64,000 nt of DNA from Lingula anatina. Its lineage: Eukaryota; Animalia; Brachiopoda. The position numbers and the translations under genes were made by a program. Below, piece by piece: positions 45,901 to 58,491 of the stretch (the first letter of the stretch is position 1; each line of letters starts with the position of its first letter). The notes under the pieces are model-generated. The model saw only the letters and a program-made list of their open reading frames with translations. It was not told the origin of the DNA and searched no databases. The stretch is from the NCBI GenBank assembly GCA_051362555.1, contig CM120641.1, forward strand, positions 2,976,001 through 3,040,000. The letters are read 5' to 3'.

Positions 45901-48900
45901 AAAATTATCTCGAAATTTCGAGATACTATTTTGAAATTTGAACAAAAAAATTTACCACCAGCGTTAGCGCTGGCGGTACACATGGTTTCGGTCCCGTCCG
46001 GTCCGTTCCGCCGGCTCCGCCGCCATGTTACCGTTACCGCTTCTCCTCCTAGACGGTAAGGGCCCCCGTACCCATCTCATGGATTTAGGTCACCTATAAT
46101 CTCAACTCGTTCCACGTAAAATTTGGGCTTTGTCGGTATTGGGGTCTGGGTGTGGCACTCATTGCAATGCACCCTTGTCTAAAAATGGCAAAATTAAATG
46201 CTAATTATCTACCCTACAGAAGGAGTTACGGGAAAAATTTCTATAGACGGCTTTCCAAAAGTCATATGTGTAGATTTCAAATATACCCTCGGATTTGACC
46301 TTTGACCTTTACTTCAAGGTCAAATGGGTCAAAATTTTCAAAAAAATGAAATTTTTTACGAAAAAAAATTTTTTTGCCCTGTTATTCAGACGCCACACAG
46401 ACTTAACCAATAATATTATTGGAAAGTGTTACCCTTCAGGTCATCTTTCATCTCCGTGAATTTGGGGTCAATCGGTGCATTTTCACAGGAGTAGCGGCCA
46501 TAAGATACCGAAACTGAAAACTGTCTCTAATTCGGGAACCGTTAATGCTAGAGACCCATTCTTTTTTGCATTTTGTAGAGCATGTAAAGCCCAACACTGG
46601 AGGTGGTCTCGGTTTTTTTGTATTCCATACGGTTTTCGAGTTACGCTGTATCAGAAAGTACATATTGGTGGTGAAAGGAAAATGTACGGAAGCCGACTGG
46701 TGCCATATGTAGAAAAAAAAATTATCTCGAAATTTCGAGATACTATTTTGAAATTTGAACAAAAAAAATTTTTATCTCGAAATTTCGAGATAGCATTTTG
46801 AAATTTGAACAAAAAAAAAATTATCTCGAAATTTCGAGATAGCATTTTGATATTTGAGCAAAAAAATTTATCTCGAAATTTCGAGATAGTATTTTGAAAT
46901 TTGAACAAAAAAAATGCTATCTCGAAATTTCGAGATAATTTTTTTTTTCAACATATGGCACCAGTCGGCTTCCGTAAAAATGTGCAGTACGGTAATGGAT
47001 AATAAATTTTGAACTCCGGAAAAATAAAACATAATGCTTGGCAAAGCAGACAACTTGTGGTCAAAAATGACATTATTTTATCAAATTTAAACTTCTGCAA
47101 CTTCAGAGAACCTCCCATTTCAAGAACTTTGACCAAAATGACCTTTTCTTTATTTTAATTAATTTTTTCTGTAGGAAATTTATGGCACATTATGGTAACT
47201 CCAAAATTATAACATTTAGTCCCTTATATCTCCAAAACTGGCAGAGATAGGTCCATAGTTACTATTGAAGTTGAATAGGAAGTCATATACTGGCAATCTT
47301 ACTGTGACCTTGACATTGACCTTTGACCTACTTTTCACCATGAACTGAACTTTGCAAATTTTGCTTCCCTTTTATCTCCAAAACTGGCAGAGATAGGTCC
47401 ATAGTTACTATTGAAGTTGAATAGGAAGTCATATACTGGCAATCTTACTGTGACCTTGAAATTGACCTTTGACCTACTTATCACCATGAACTGAACTTTG
47501 CAAATTTTGCTTCCCTTTTATCTCCAAAACTGGCAGAGATAGGTCCATAGTTACTATTGAACTTGAATAGGAAGTCATATACTGGCAATTTTACTGTGAC
47601 CTTGAAATTGACCTTTGACCTACTTTTCACCTTGAACTGAACTTTGCAAAATTTGCTTCCCTTTTATCTCCAAAACTGGCAGAGATAGGTCCATAGTTAC
47701 TATTGAACTTGCATAGGAAGTCATATACTGGCAATTTTACTGTGACCTTGAAATTGACCTTTGACCTTCTTTTCACCATGAACTGAACTTTGCAAATTTT
47801 GCTTCCCTTTTATCTCCAAAACTGACAGAGATAGGTCCATAGTTACTATTGAAGTTGAATAGGAAGTCATATACTGGCAATCTAAATGTGACCTTGAAAT
47901 TGACCTTTGACCTACTTTTCACCATGAACTGAACTTTGCAAATTTTGCTTCCCTTTTATCTCCAAAACTGGCAGAGATAGGTCCATAGTTACTATTGAAG
48001 TTGAATAGGAAGTCATATACTGGCAATCTTACTGTGACCTTGAAATTGACCTTTGACCTACTTATCACCATGAACTGAACTTTGCAAATTTTGCTTCCCT
48101 TTTATCTCCAAAACTGGCAGAGATAGGTCCATAGTTACTATTGAACTTGAATAGGAAGTCATATACTGGCAATTTTACTGTGACCTTGAAATTGACCTTT
48201 GACCTACTTTTCACCTTGAACTGAACTTTGCAAAATTTGCTTCCCTTTTATCTCCAAAACTGACAGAGATAGGTCCATAGTTACTATTGAACTTGCATAG
48301 GAAGTCATATACTGGCAATTTTACTGTGACCTTGAAATTGACCTTTGACCTTCTTTTCACCATGAACTGAACTTTGCAAATTTTGCTTCCCTTTTATCTC
48401 CAAAACTGGCAGAGATAGGTCCATAGTTACTATTGAAGTTGAATAGGAAGTCATATACTGGCAATCTAAATGTGACCTTGAAATTGACCTTTGACCTACT
48501 TTTCACCATGAACTGAACTTTGCAAATTTTGCTTCCCTTTTATCTCCAAAACTGGCAGAGATAGGTCCATAGTTACTATTGAAGTTGAATAGGAAGTCAT
48601 ATACTGGCAATCTTACTGTGACCTTGAAATTGACCTTTGATCTACTTTTCACCATGAACTGAACTTTGCAAATTTTGCTTCCCTTTTATCTCCAAAACTG
48701 GCAGAGATAGGTCCATAGTTACTATTGAAGTTGGATAGGAAGTCATATACTGGCAATTTACTGTGACCTTGAAATTGACCTTTGACCTACCTTACAATGA
48801 ACTTAACTTTGATTGCACCATTTTTAGTTATATATATTTTTTGCATATTTTGAAAATTCTTGTTGATTGCATTTTTACAGCTTGTCAAGCACAAGACTGG

Positions 48901-51900
48901 TGGCTGCACCCCTTATTTTGTGTATGTGGGGGTCTACACGAATGCGCTTGCTCCAGCTGGTGGTACAATATTCGGAGGCGGTATCGCCTCTCTGATCCTC
49001 TAGTTTCTTTTATTCTTGCCTGGAAGATGTTCAAAACATACTTGATAAATTTCAGGCAGAATTTTGTATTTGTTAACTTAGAGGTTTGTGTCTCTCGAGA
49101 CATCATATTTCTATTTTAAAAGCTGAATGACAAGGATTCAGCGGCAGTATTTACAGCAGTTGACTTATTCTGGGAAAAGTAGGTCATTGCCATTTCTTGA
49201 CTAATTAACATTTCATTTTTGTTATTCATAGTCATGAATTTGTAATGTTATGCATAGACTAGGGTTTGATTTATTAATTTTAAACCACTGAAGGCAGTGC
49301 CTCCTATCTCGTTATCATCTCAAGATAGATAACCTGGCCACTTCTTAATCACGGCAGTAAAAAAAATAAAGTGTCAAGTCATGCAAAATCGTCATAAAAG
49401 GTAAAAATACTTATCTCATAAAGGTTGACATGCCAGGATGCATTATCTGGCTGGTGATCACTAAGATATTTGTTCTATACATCATGTTAAAAAGCATCAT
49501 GTAGAACATCTTAAACAGCACAGCATTATAATGCAGTAAGAGATAGGCCAGCTTATACTACCTGACTCGGGTACAGGTTGATCCTTTCACACGTGGCACA
49601 GCTGAGCACACGAGGAGGACTGACCAAGCTGAAGGTTTGATTAGCAATAAGAGATTAATCATTGGAATTGCAAATGGGGAAAAATAATGCACAGAAGGCA
49701 GCATCTGCTACACCTGAAACTACTGAAAAAGAAGATGGAAATGGTAGGCAGACTTTTTTGTAGTAATTTGCAGCATGGGTGCACATCTGTTAAGGAGGTG
49801 CTCTTTTGCTCCCTTAAGTATTTAGCATGTATCACACCATGGATAGTACTGGCTGCTACATCTTTCTACATCACGTACTGTTTGCACAAATCAGTCTATA
49901 TAAACTGTTCGAGGAAACGGGCGTGTACAGAATATTGCAATGTTGAATTTTATTGATCCGTACTGCCCATAACATGGCGATTTCACCATTGGTTGAACAA
50001 TGTTAGTTTCTACATTTGCGATGGATCAATAAGTTGCCTCCATTATCCCTTTGTTATTTGAGTCACAGCATACTGAGTCAGACATTGAGAGTGTCTAATG
50101 CTGCTTCAAAGCATGGAAAATGAGATTCTTCATGTTAACTTAAAATGTGCTAAATTTCTACCAATAAGGGTTATCGTCATATAGAGGATGATTAATAGAT
50201 CACCATGCAGAATAATTGAATACTCGGGCATATAAGAGTAGAATTTTAGATTCAGCTTGAGCCACTTCATTAGATTATCATATGGTGTATTTCAACTTGG
50301 ATAACAGTATTCCATTTTCTTGTCTTGCAATCTGTGACTAATATAAAATGCTAGTCAGTTCTGCTGTCTGCCTTGGCAGAGTAATGTGTTTTGATGACAA
50401 GCCATATTAAAAAAGCTCGAGCAGTCTTGAACAAAAGCACTTATAACCCGAGGGATTTTATATCTTTTCATGGTTTATTCTTGTGTAAAGTAGTGGGTTA
50501 TGAATGCATCCATGCATAACTATATAAAGTATCTTTTGCTAAGGTAGACCATCATCTTGTGGGATCTGAAAATCAATCTTCGTTTAGCTCTTTTAATATA
50601 CGACTGTCTGAAGACCGAAAAACTGTATTAAAAAATGTCCAGTTTGATCAATGAGCATTGCATTTAGATGTTAAGTGTGTGTTGAGACTTTTTTAAAGTC
50701 ATTGATCAGTACATTATCATGGGATAAGGTAATTCAGGTAAACTGTGAAATCGTTCGAGTTGTTCTCGGCTCATGCTAGCAAATAAAACTGTACCACTGG
50801 ATGAAAATAAATTGTAAATTAGAAAAATATAGACTTCTTAAACTCCTTTTTGCCAAGTAGCCAGTCTTTGGGCTGACTATAAAAAAGAGATGCATCTTCG
50901 AGTAATGCATGCTAGCATAAGCCCAGTACACAAGGAAGCAAGTTGTATGGATATTATTTATTGGGAATTGGAAGTTTCTCTTTGATATACTTGATAATAT
51001 GTGGTTATCATGGAGCTCTGTGGTATCTTTAACCGTCAGCACCCTTTCTTTCCCAGGAGACACATCAGAGACTTTCGAAGTCCCTAAGGCTGGTAAAGTG
51101 AATGTGTTCAGATATTATTGCACCTGCTAAAGGTAGAAAGGGTTAAAAAGGGCATCCCTGTTGTCATGGCAACAACTATTTCGGTTTGATTGAGAGCATT
51201 TGTGCAGTGAGGGTGAACATTCCAAGGTGTATTCACACACAAGAATGTGGTCTTGAGGCACTCTTGTCTTACATCATCAGTTGTTATAGTTATCATATAG
51301 GCTATAGTTCAGTGCTTTAATGTATAAAAATGATGTAATTTTAAGAGATGGCATAATTATAATAATAAACTGATGGTGCAAGGAAAAGATTGCTTCAGCA
51401 GCCTCCCATTGGCAAGTGTTACTGCATTCTCGTACTTGGCAATGTAATCCTACCGCCACCAGACTTATTTGTTGCCCTTTTAAACCCATTCACCTTTTGT
51501 CAGACACCTCGCTGCTTCTTTGTTCATATAGTAACACTAGGCTGGGTTCTCAAAGCAACTTTTGCATGTGGTTCTGTGTATTATATTCACCAACAGACAC
51601 TAACACAGACCTCTGAACATTAATTTTACAATTTACCACTTATTTTATCCCTTCTCATTCACATATATCTTACGGACAGGTGAGACTGTAGTGCAGTGGA
51701 ATTTTTATCATAGTCCGGTGATTTTCTGAAATATGTAATTTACTATGGTTTGTATTGTATTGTTGATTGCAGTTTTATTTAGCATTTACGGGTGGCTACC
51801 AAAATATTTAGGTCATTTTAGTGACCAGCTAGACTTTTGCTGCAAGTTGTGTTGAAAATTGAAATACTTTCATAACACTCCAACATGACAAAAGTTTGTG

Positions 51901-54900
51901 CAGTAACAAAATTGAACATTTATTTTAATTTCTCAACATCTTTCCTCATTGCTTTGTAGTGTTGAATTTGATTCCGCATATAACTTTTATATTTGAATTG
52001 AATTACACACATTTTTTTTAATCTAACTAAACAACTTCAATATGATACTGCATGGGAGGTGACTGGAACAGCAGGTTCGTGTCAGGTGAAGGGCATGTAA
52101 AACAACATCTGAAATGTATGAAATTTAGGGGGCTGGAAACTCTGCTTTATTATTATTATTTTATTATAGGTAGGGGTGATGTAGTAGGTAATTGGCAGGC
52201 AGATTGTTTCTGCATGAAGCTTATTTTTAGACAAACATACTGGTGTGGAAAAACTTGAAGTCAATCATGGTTATTTGATACATGTCAGTAAAAGCGTTAG
52301 ATTGTAGAAAAGTTGTGTGTGGAGTGACGGCCTTTAATCTCCAGTATAGAAAGTATTGTGATTTTTCCCACCTACTTTTGTTTCAGTTCTGGATTTGATC
52401 TACTGGCGCGATGTGAAGAAAACTGGGGTTGTGTTTGGCAGCGTCCTGGTCATACTGCTGTCCTTGACCTCCTTCAGTGTCATCAGTGTCCTCGCCTACG
52501 TCTCCCTGGCTGCTCTCACTGTCACCTTTAGCTTCCGTGTCTACAAAAATGTCCTACAGGCTGTGCAGAAGTCCAATGAAGGACACCCGTTCAAGTAAGA
52601 TGCCTAATTTGTTCTTATGTAAGATTTTGTCAGGAGGCACTTCAGCATGAAATTTTTTCTTGTCACTTTGCATTTTGTGTTTCGTTGAGGAAAGTCATGG
52701 CGCAACTTTTTTTAGATGGATATATTAGTACTATAAATATTGTAAAGAAAAGATTGAAAATTTACTGACATTCATCTGTTAAGTGTTTGTAAAGGGAGTT
52801 TAAAATTTGGTTACTAGTAAGCTTTATGCCTTAGTCCAAATTTTCTTTTCCTCAGGGTTTGGCTTGAGAAGGACATCTCTCTTCCTGAGGACAAGATGCA
52901 GCAAGCTGCAAGAGCCCTTGCACAACACCTGAATGAAGATGCTGTTCGTCTGAGAAGACTGTTTTTGGTTGAGGATTTGGTAGATTCCGTCAAGGTAAAT
53001 AACAGAGCATTAAGAATACTACGTCATCAATACAAGTAATCTATAAGACACTGTATATCTCACTGCAGGAGTGTATTTAATTAAGGTGAAGTGCTTTGGT
53101 CTTAATTCTGCCTGTGGATGGGGATTATTTCAGAAGAAGGAATTATTGTAAGCACAAAGGGATAACTTACTGGGTAGAGTCTGCTTATGGGTGATCAAAG
53201 ATAAATATTTGAAGGATTTTAGATTAAAAGTTTAAATTGTTGCTCTTATGTTGCTCTCTGTGTCTGAGTATCCAATCAAGTAGTATAAAGAGAGATATAT
53301 ACATGAACAAGCTAAATGGGTTGGTCTGTATTTGAAACCCTTGAAGCCCCATTTGCCATAACCTGTATCTTAGCTCTGTGTCTATGCATTGCAGAAAAAG
53401 TGATTGAAATAAGTCAAATGTTTTGCAACAAAATAAACCATATTACCGAAATGATAAAGAAAAAATAATAACTATTGGAAGTGACTGAAATTGGACCAAA
53501 AAAGTAGTTATATTTCAGCGGCTCACACTTCCTATATGTAGCCTTGGAGTTAAAAAGAAATATCTTTGTACATGTTAATCTCTTCCCTTCACCAATGTTT
53601 CCGATACTTAAAGTAGAGTCTAGCCATGCACCAGACCTTGATCAACCTGGTAAATATATCTGGAATAGCTTCATACCATTAACCCTATCTGGGATTCGCA
53701 AAAATAGAGATTGGAAGAATTCCACTGTGGTTTTGTCAGCTTGTAAATCAATATTTCATCTCCTTATTTTGCAGTTTGGTCTTCTGTTGTGGGTGATGAC
53801 CTATATTGGGGCCTGGTTCAATGTTATGACTTTGGTCATCTTAGGTAAGTTTTGATCTTTTTTTTAATTTCTTCAATTTTTTTTTTTCTTTAGTGTGATG
53901 TTTGTTAAACAGTGCTTCAAAAAGAAAAAAAATGATCTTTCCATTTTTGTCTAGTGACTGAGAGTGGTGATTCATGTTGTTCCCAAGAGATGTTCAAGCC
54001 GTAGCTATCATAATTGATTCAGCCAATATTCATTTATCAGATGCTCATGTAAATGCAGTCTTCAAGTGCAATAAAATGATTTAAGTCCAGCCTGCGTGTG
54101 TCTTATTAAGAGATAAGACTTGTAGTCTGTACATAATAGCTAGTTTCTGACAGAACTTCATTGTAATTTTATTTTTAAAAATACTTTACTATTTATTTGC
54201 AGCTGTAGTTGCTGTTTTTACATTACCCAAGGTTTATGAAACATATCAGGTAGGTTTGGATAAAGTTATTGCTTTGCTGCTGTAGAATTAATCATCATTG
54301 TAATGTAAGCTTGGTGATTTACGAGCTGTGATGCACAAGCTGTAATTATGGCCTACTTCTAGTAGTGGCTGTCATAGAGACCTGAAAAATTTGACAGAGT
54401 GCTTTGATGTTCTATTGACAGTTCTTTATTATAGAGAATACATATGTGGCAAAAAGAAAATTATTGATTCATAGGTGTAAATCTAAATTTGGATTTAGCA
54501 TTAAAGTGCTGTTGAGTCAACTCCATTGCAAAATTAATTGGTAGCAGTGCTTCCTATAAATGATGGTTTGCAGAAACCTTAAAAAAGCAGGATAAAACCA
54601 GTTCTTCAGTCTGGATATGTCGATGCTAATATTTCAGTTTTACTTTGCATACCTGCTTGCTGTTACAGCTACTGCTTGTTGTTTTTGCAGTGCATTTTGC
54701 TTGTTACTTTCTATTGAAATGTTGCTTCAAAAGATGTAAAAATCTGGGATCTTTTCACCTAGTCAAATTTACCTCAAGAAAAAAAATTGCTCCTTCTCAC
54801 AAATCATCGCTTGAATTTAAACTTTTGATGTTTTATATAATTTCCAATAAGATAATTTAGTTCTTATTGTCTGACATAACTGCCACATCTTCCTGTTTAC

Positions 54901-55245
54901 ATGAGAAAGAAATATTGGCATAGGAAATGAATCAAACTAGCAGTGATTAAATAACATCTTATATTTTCTGTTATAGGTTCAGATTGATGAAGTCCTGGAT
55001 AAAGCTAAAACCCAAATTATGAATGTAGTGGAGCAGTAAGTTGTTTTTCTTTAATATTTTTCAGCTAAAATTTATTTGTTTGGAAATCTGCAGCTTAATA
55101 GTTAAAACAGAATTTAGGTTACAGTGATTCCAAGTCAAGGTTTTGATAATTTGACTTACAGGTGATTCATTGAATGATGTTACATTTCAGAGTGAAAGCA
55201 AAACTCCCTTTCCTTAACAAGAAGGATAAACAGAAGACACAGTAA
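42927..55245 (+). CDS. RTN: Reticulon (RTN1-4 family), long isoform about 296 aa
   Basis: Exons 42927-43239 (acidic, Pro/Thr-rich), 52387-52594, 52856-52994, 53775-53844, 54203-54249, 54977-55035, 55191-55245. RHD motifs [56 protein letters not shown]; C-terminal KxKxx (KQKTQ). Confidence 0.95.
46687..46974. mobile_element. TA-flanked foldback MITE
   Basis: TIR CGGAAGCCGACTGGTGCCATATG...CATATGGCACCAGTCGGCTTCCG with TA on both sides; internal ~46-bp repeats of the palindrome TATCTCGAAATTTCGAGATA. A left-half copy lies at about 45870-45950. Confidence 0.85.
47227..48790. repeat. 146-bp tandem satellite, about 10.7 copies
   Basis: Unit TATCTCCAAAACTGGCAGAGATAGG... starts at 47227, 47373, 47519 ... 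48541, 48687. Confidence 0.95.
49674..49743 (+). CDS. RTN: Candidate alternative first coding exon of reticulon
   Basis: [23 protein letters not shown] followed by a phase-1 donor G|GTAGG, compatible with the RHD acceptor at 52387. Confidence 0.55.
51057..51092 (+). CDS. RTN: Candidate 36-nt symmetric cassette exon of reticulon
   Basis: Strong acceptor CCCTTTCTTTCCCAG, reads (G)[11 protein letters not shown], donor G|GTAAAG, phase 1-1. Confidence 0.45.
52052..52085 (+). CDS. RTN: Candidate short-isoform first exon of reticulon
   Basis: [11 protein letters not shown] then CAG|GTGAAG in phase 1, 300 bp before the first RHD exon. Confidence 0.4.
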
Positions 55246-56668
55246 TTGAGAGGCCATGGACCCTTGTTTGTACAATACAGTAATGAAGATTTGAACAACA
55301 CACTGGGGAAGCTGAATACCAAAGTCTAGCAGAGGGTACCCAAAGGAAAAGCAAACTGTGGAACATTGTACACTAGATGGCATTTGACGCAAGCTGAGCC
55401 CAACTCTTGGTCCATTTCAATTTGGATTGATGTACTTTGATGTTGTGCCCAAACATGGGACTGCTGTTCAATGTGAATGAAGGTGGACAAGTGTGTTTAA
55501 ATGTGAAGACAAATTTTGCAAGTCTGCTATTTTTCTTTCTTTTTTCATGTTATTTATTTTTCACAAGGTGACATGCACAGTGGGATGTGATCTTCAGAGA
55601 AGTGGCACCCATTTGACAGTTGTTACAAGTACAAAACTACAAAAAGATTTGCTTTGAGCAATTACCTATTTATGCAGGACTTATAGTTATTCTTATACCT
55701 TAGCTCTAGGAAGAAAAGTGGAAGTGTAGTTTACCTAGAAGAATGGTACTCGGAAATGATGTACAGTAATGTTTACACTTCTTAATAAGCTCATGATTTA
55801 AGACACCTGCCAGAACCCTCAGTTAGTCTTAGGTTTACATTGTTTTCACATTGACTTTTAATTACATTATGTAACATTATATTTCATTGTTTTTTGTGCG
55901 TTCTCTTTCCTCAGTCACAGTTCTTGTAAGGTGCCAATCTTAGTTTAACTTGTGGCAGTGGCCACTCATGCCAAGCAGGTTAGGTACAATCAAATCTATA
56001 CGTTATGCTTCATTATATGATCTCCAGATTTATTAGAATGAGATTTAATTGATAAGGGAACTATCTTGAATTACGTAGATCTGCTTGATGATAAATGTGG
56101 TTGGAAAGAGGAGTGTTGACAGTCTTTATATTAACCTGTTGTGCTACATGGTGATTTCATACAAAATCCATCTGTAAACCTTAGCTTGATTGTTGGACTT
56201 GATTATCTATGATCGTAACATAAGTATGGATATGAAAATGTATACCTGTATATAAATGTGGTCTATTTGATAAGTTTCTTAACAAATGTGAAACCCAATG
56301 CATAAAGAGAAGATAGAAATTGCAATTATTTGGAAAGTTGCACACAGAAAACAGATTTTGATGGAAATTCTTTAAACAAATTTTAGTCTACTTACCCAAA
56401 CTGACAGAATTCAAGGGAGGGATTCCTACCGAGGTAGGATGTAAATATATGAAAATTAAAATATTTTGAAAATGAGAAGTGTGAGTATGAACATTTGAAC
56501 CATTTGTGGCGCTGAATTACTTTTTGTACAATACAGTTTGAACATCGTGTTTTGTATAAATGTGAGCTTGAAGGATCTTCTTTCCTGTATATGATTATTC
56601 ATAGATGTCAGTCTTTTCTTTAATCCACTGCTTGCAGCCTATATTGTAACTTAGCCCAGTGTTGTTGA

Positions 56669-56674
56669 AATAAA
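56669..56674 (+). terminator. Candidate polyadenylation signal for reticulon
   Basis: AATAAA about 1.4 kb after the stop codon, just before sequence character changes to repeat-like DNA. Confidence 0.4.
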
Positions 56675-56777
56675 ATACGTAACTGAGTTTGTCAACATCA
56701 TTGATCACAACAGTTGCTCTGCACTCACGTGGAACCTGAATTTAAGATGTGAATCGTGCCTTTTAGTGTCGACGCCT

Positions 56778-56929
56778 GGGCTCCGTAACTGGAAAGCATT
56801 GCGATAGCGATATCACCTTTCATTTCGAGGCTATTTTATGGGGCGAGTAAATCCCGGGTTATGGAATAGAGGCGAATCTCCGTGCTTGCGCTCGGTCGCA
56901 ATTCTCTATGCTCTAGAGTTACGGAGCTC
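56778..56929. mobile_element. Short inverted-repeat element
   Basis: GCTCCGTAACT (56780-56790) and AGTTACGGAGC (56917-56927) bracket a CpG-rich 150-bp segment. Confidence 0.5.
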
Positions 56930-57288
56930 TGTTAAGGTAGATTGATATATATATAGGACGTATTTCCTATTCCACTACTAAAATGCAGAGGAATATGTCA
57001 TGTAATGAGATAATGCGGTCACACCAAAAATACAACCGGGGGAATTTGATGCAAGCTGACATAACGGGACTGCTTTTGGGCTGAATGTTGTTTTTGATTT
57101 CCAGTAGATCTTTTTGAAAGGTTTCCAATTTTATCAGCAAAGAGACGAAATAATGTCTTTGTTTGATGGTACATCGCAATTAACGGCCCGCCCCTCATAA
57201 TAAGGAAAATTATAAAAGCGAACGCTGTCACCATATTGTAGTGCACACCTTTCACGAAAATAACTTACTTAGGTCCGGAGTCATCTTA

Positions 57289-57496
57289 GGGCGTATTCCC
57301 ATAGATCGATTTATCCCCGTGGGGAGTCTCACTAGATTACTGTCAGATAATCCGGCAAAATGTCCACCCCGCCTACTGCAAGCTGTAAGGGGGTAATTAA
57401 CTTTCGTGCCCGCTCGGCTGACAGCTATTTAGCGTGAACTCCCAGGGAGTTAGGTCGATCTAGTTTGGATCGATCTGATTTCTGGGAATGGGGTCT
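57289..57496. mobile_element. MITE, family C
   Basis: Near-identical to 41716-41929. Confidence 0.75.
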
Positions 57497-58491
57497 TATA
57501 CACAAACTTACAGTGCAGTTAAATTGACAATAAAGCGTAGCATAAAAGCACAAGCGCGTGGAGTTGTGAATGAAAAAACGAAAAGGGGGACTTTTGTTTA
57601 ATTTTATTGCGTGTAGGAATAAATATTCTACGTAAAAGGGAGGGGGTGGGCTATTTTAACATGTCGATCTACTAGAAGATTCATAAATATTTGCCATTTG
57701 TAACCATTTTATGACTGCCAAAAACTTATATAAGGAAGACGGGAATGATTCTAGCCCCGAGGAAATATGCATAATAATCTGGAAAACGTGTTTAGAATAA
57801 AAAAATATATTTTGAGGTTTATACTGTAGGCTACGTTTTGGACATTAAAATTCAAAAGTATTGAAAACGCTGCTAAAGTCCGTTTTCCATGGGTATTCTC
57901 CATTGATACACTGTGATTCATTTAAAGGGTTGTGTGTGATCTCGAAAACTTACATAATATCTACAGACCTAGTTTGTTGCCTATAAGAAATGTAGGTGAG
58001 TTACGTACCGTGAAATAGCTGCCCACGAAATGCTTTTATTTGGTGCGAAATTGCATTGTCCGTTCTTTACAACTCAAAACGCATTCAGCCTACTCTTAGG
58101 GTCAAAAACGCACTGAATATTTCGCTTGACTTTCGTCGAATAATGTAATGTTTTAGCTGAAGCGCTGTTATAAGAATATCACGTCGCGACGTAACCGCGA
58201 GACGTGGACCTCATGAGACGTCAGAGACGCGGAGCAGGAAAATAAAGAAAAGTGTGTATCAATAGTAGGCCTCTACTCTAAAATTTTGCGTCTCTGTCTT
58301 TCTTTATTCAAAAACATTACGTTACAACACAACAAATATGTAACTTGGAAAAGTGCCAGTGCTGAGCAGCGATCTGTTGTGATGCTTTTATTTTGATCAG
58401 CATTTAAACGAACGGTGCTATATTTTGGGTTCAATGCCAAGGCGTTTTTAATTTGGCACACTTTAAAAATTCTATTTTTTTGCTTTAAAAA

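Larger units (their letters stand above)
45104..49004 (+). mobile_element. HINE-like element, family D, with duplicated head and internal satellite
   Basis: 5' hairpin GTACCACCAGCGTTAGCGCTGGCGGTAC, (CTCCGCCGG)n, ~830-bp head repeated from 45953, 146-bp array, and 3' subTIR GCTGGTGGTACAATA followed by hairpin GAGGCGGTATCGCCTC and CTAGTT. Confidence 0.8.

Noticed and set aside
45631-46908. Duplicated 85-133 aa ORFs on both strands
   Set aside because: They lie wholly inside duplicated non-autonomous elements and have no recognisable motifs.
47227-48790. Regular repeat array as a possible CRISPR
   Set aside because: Monomers are near-identical end to end with no unique spacers; eukaryotic intron; no cas genes.
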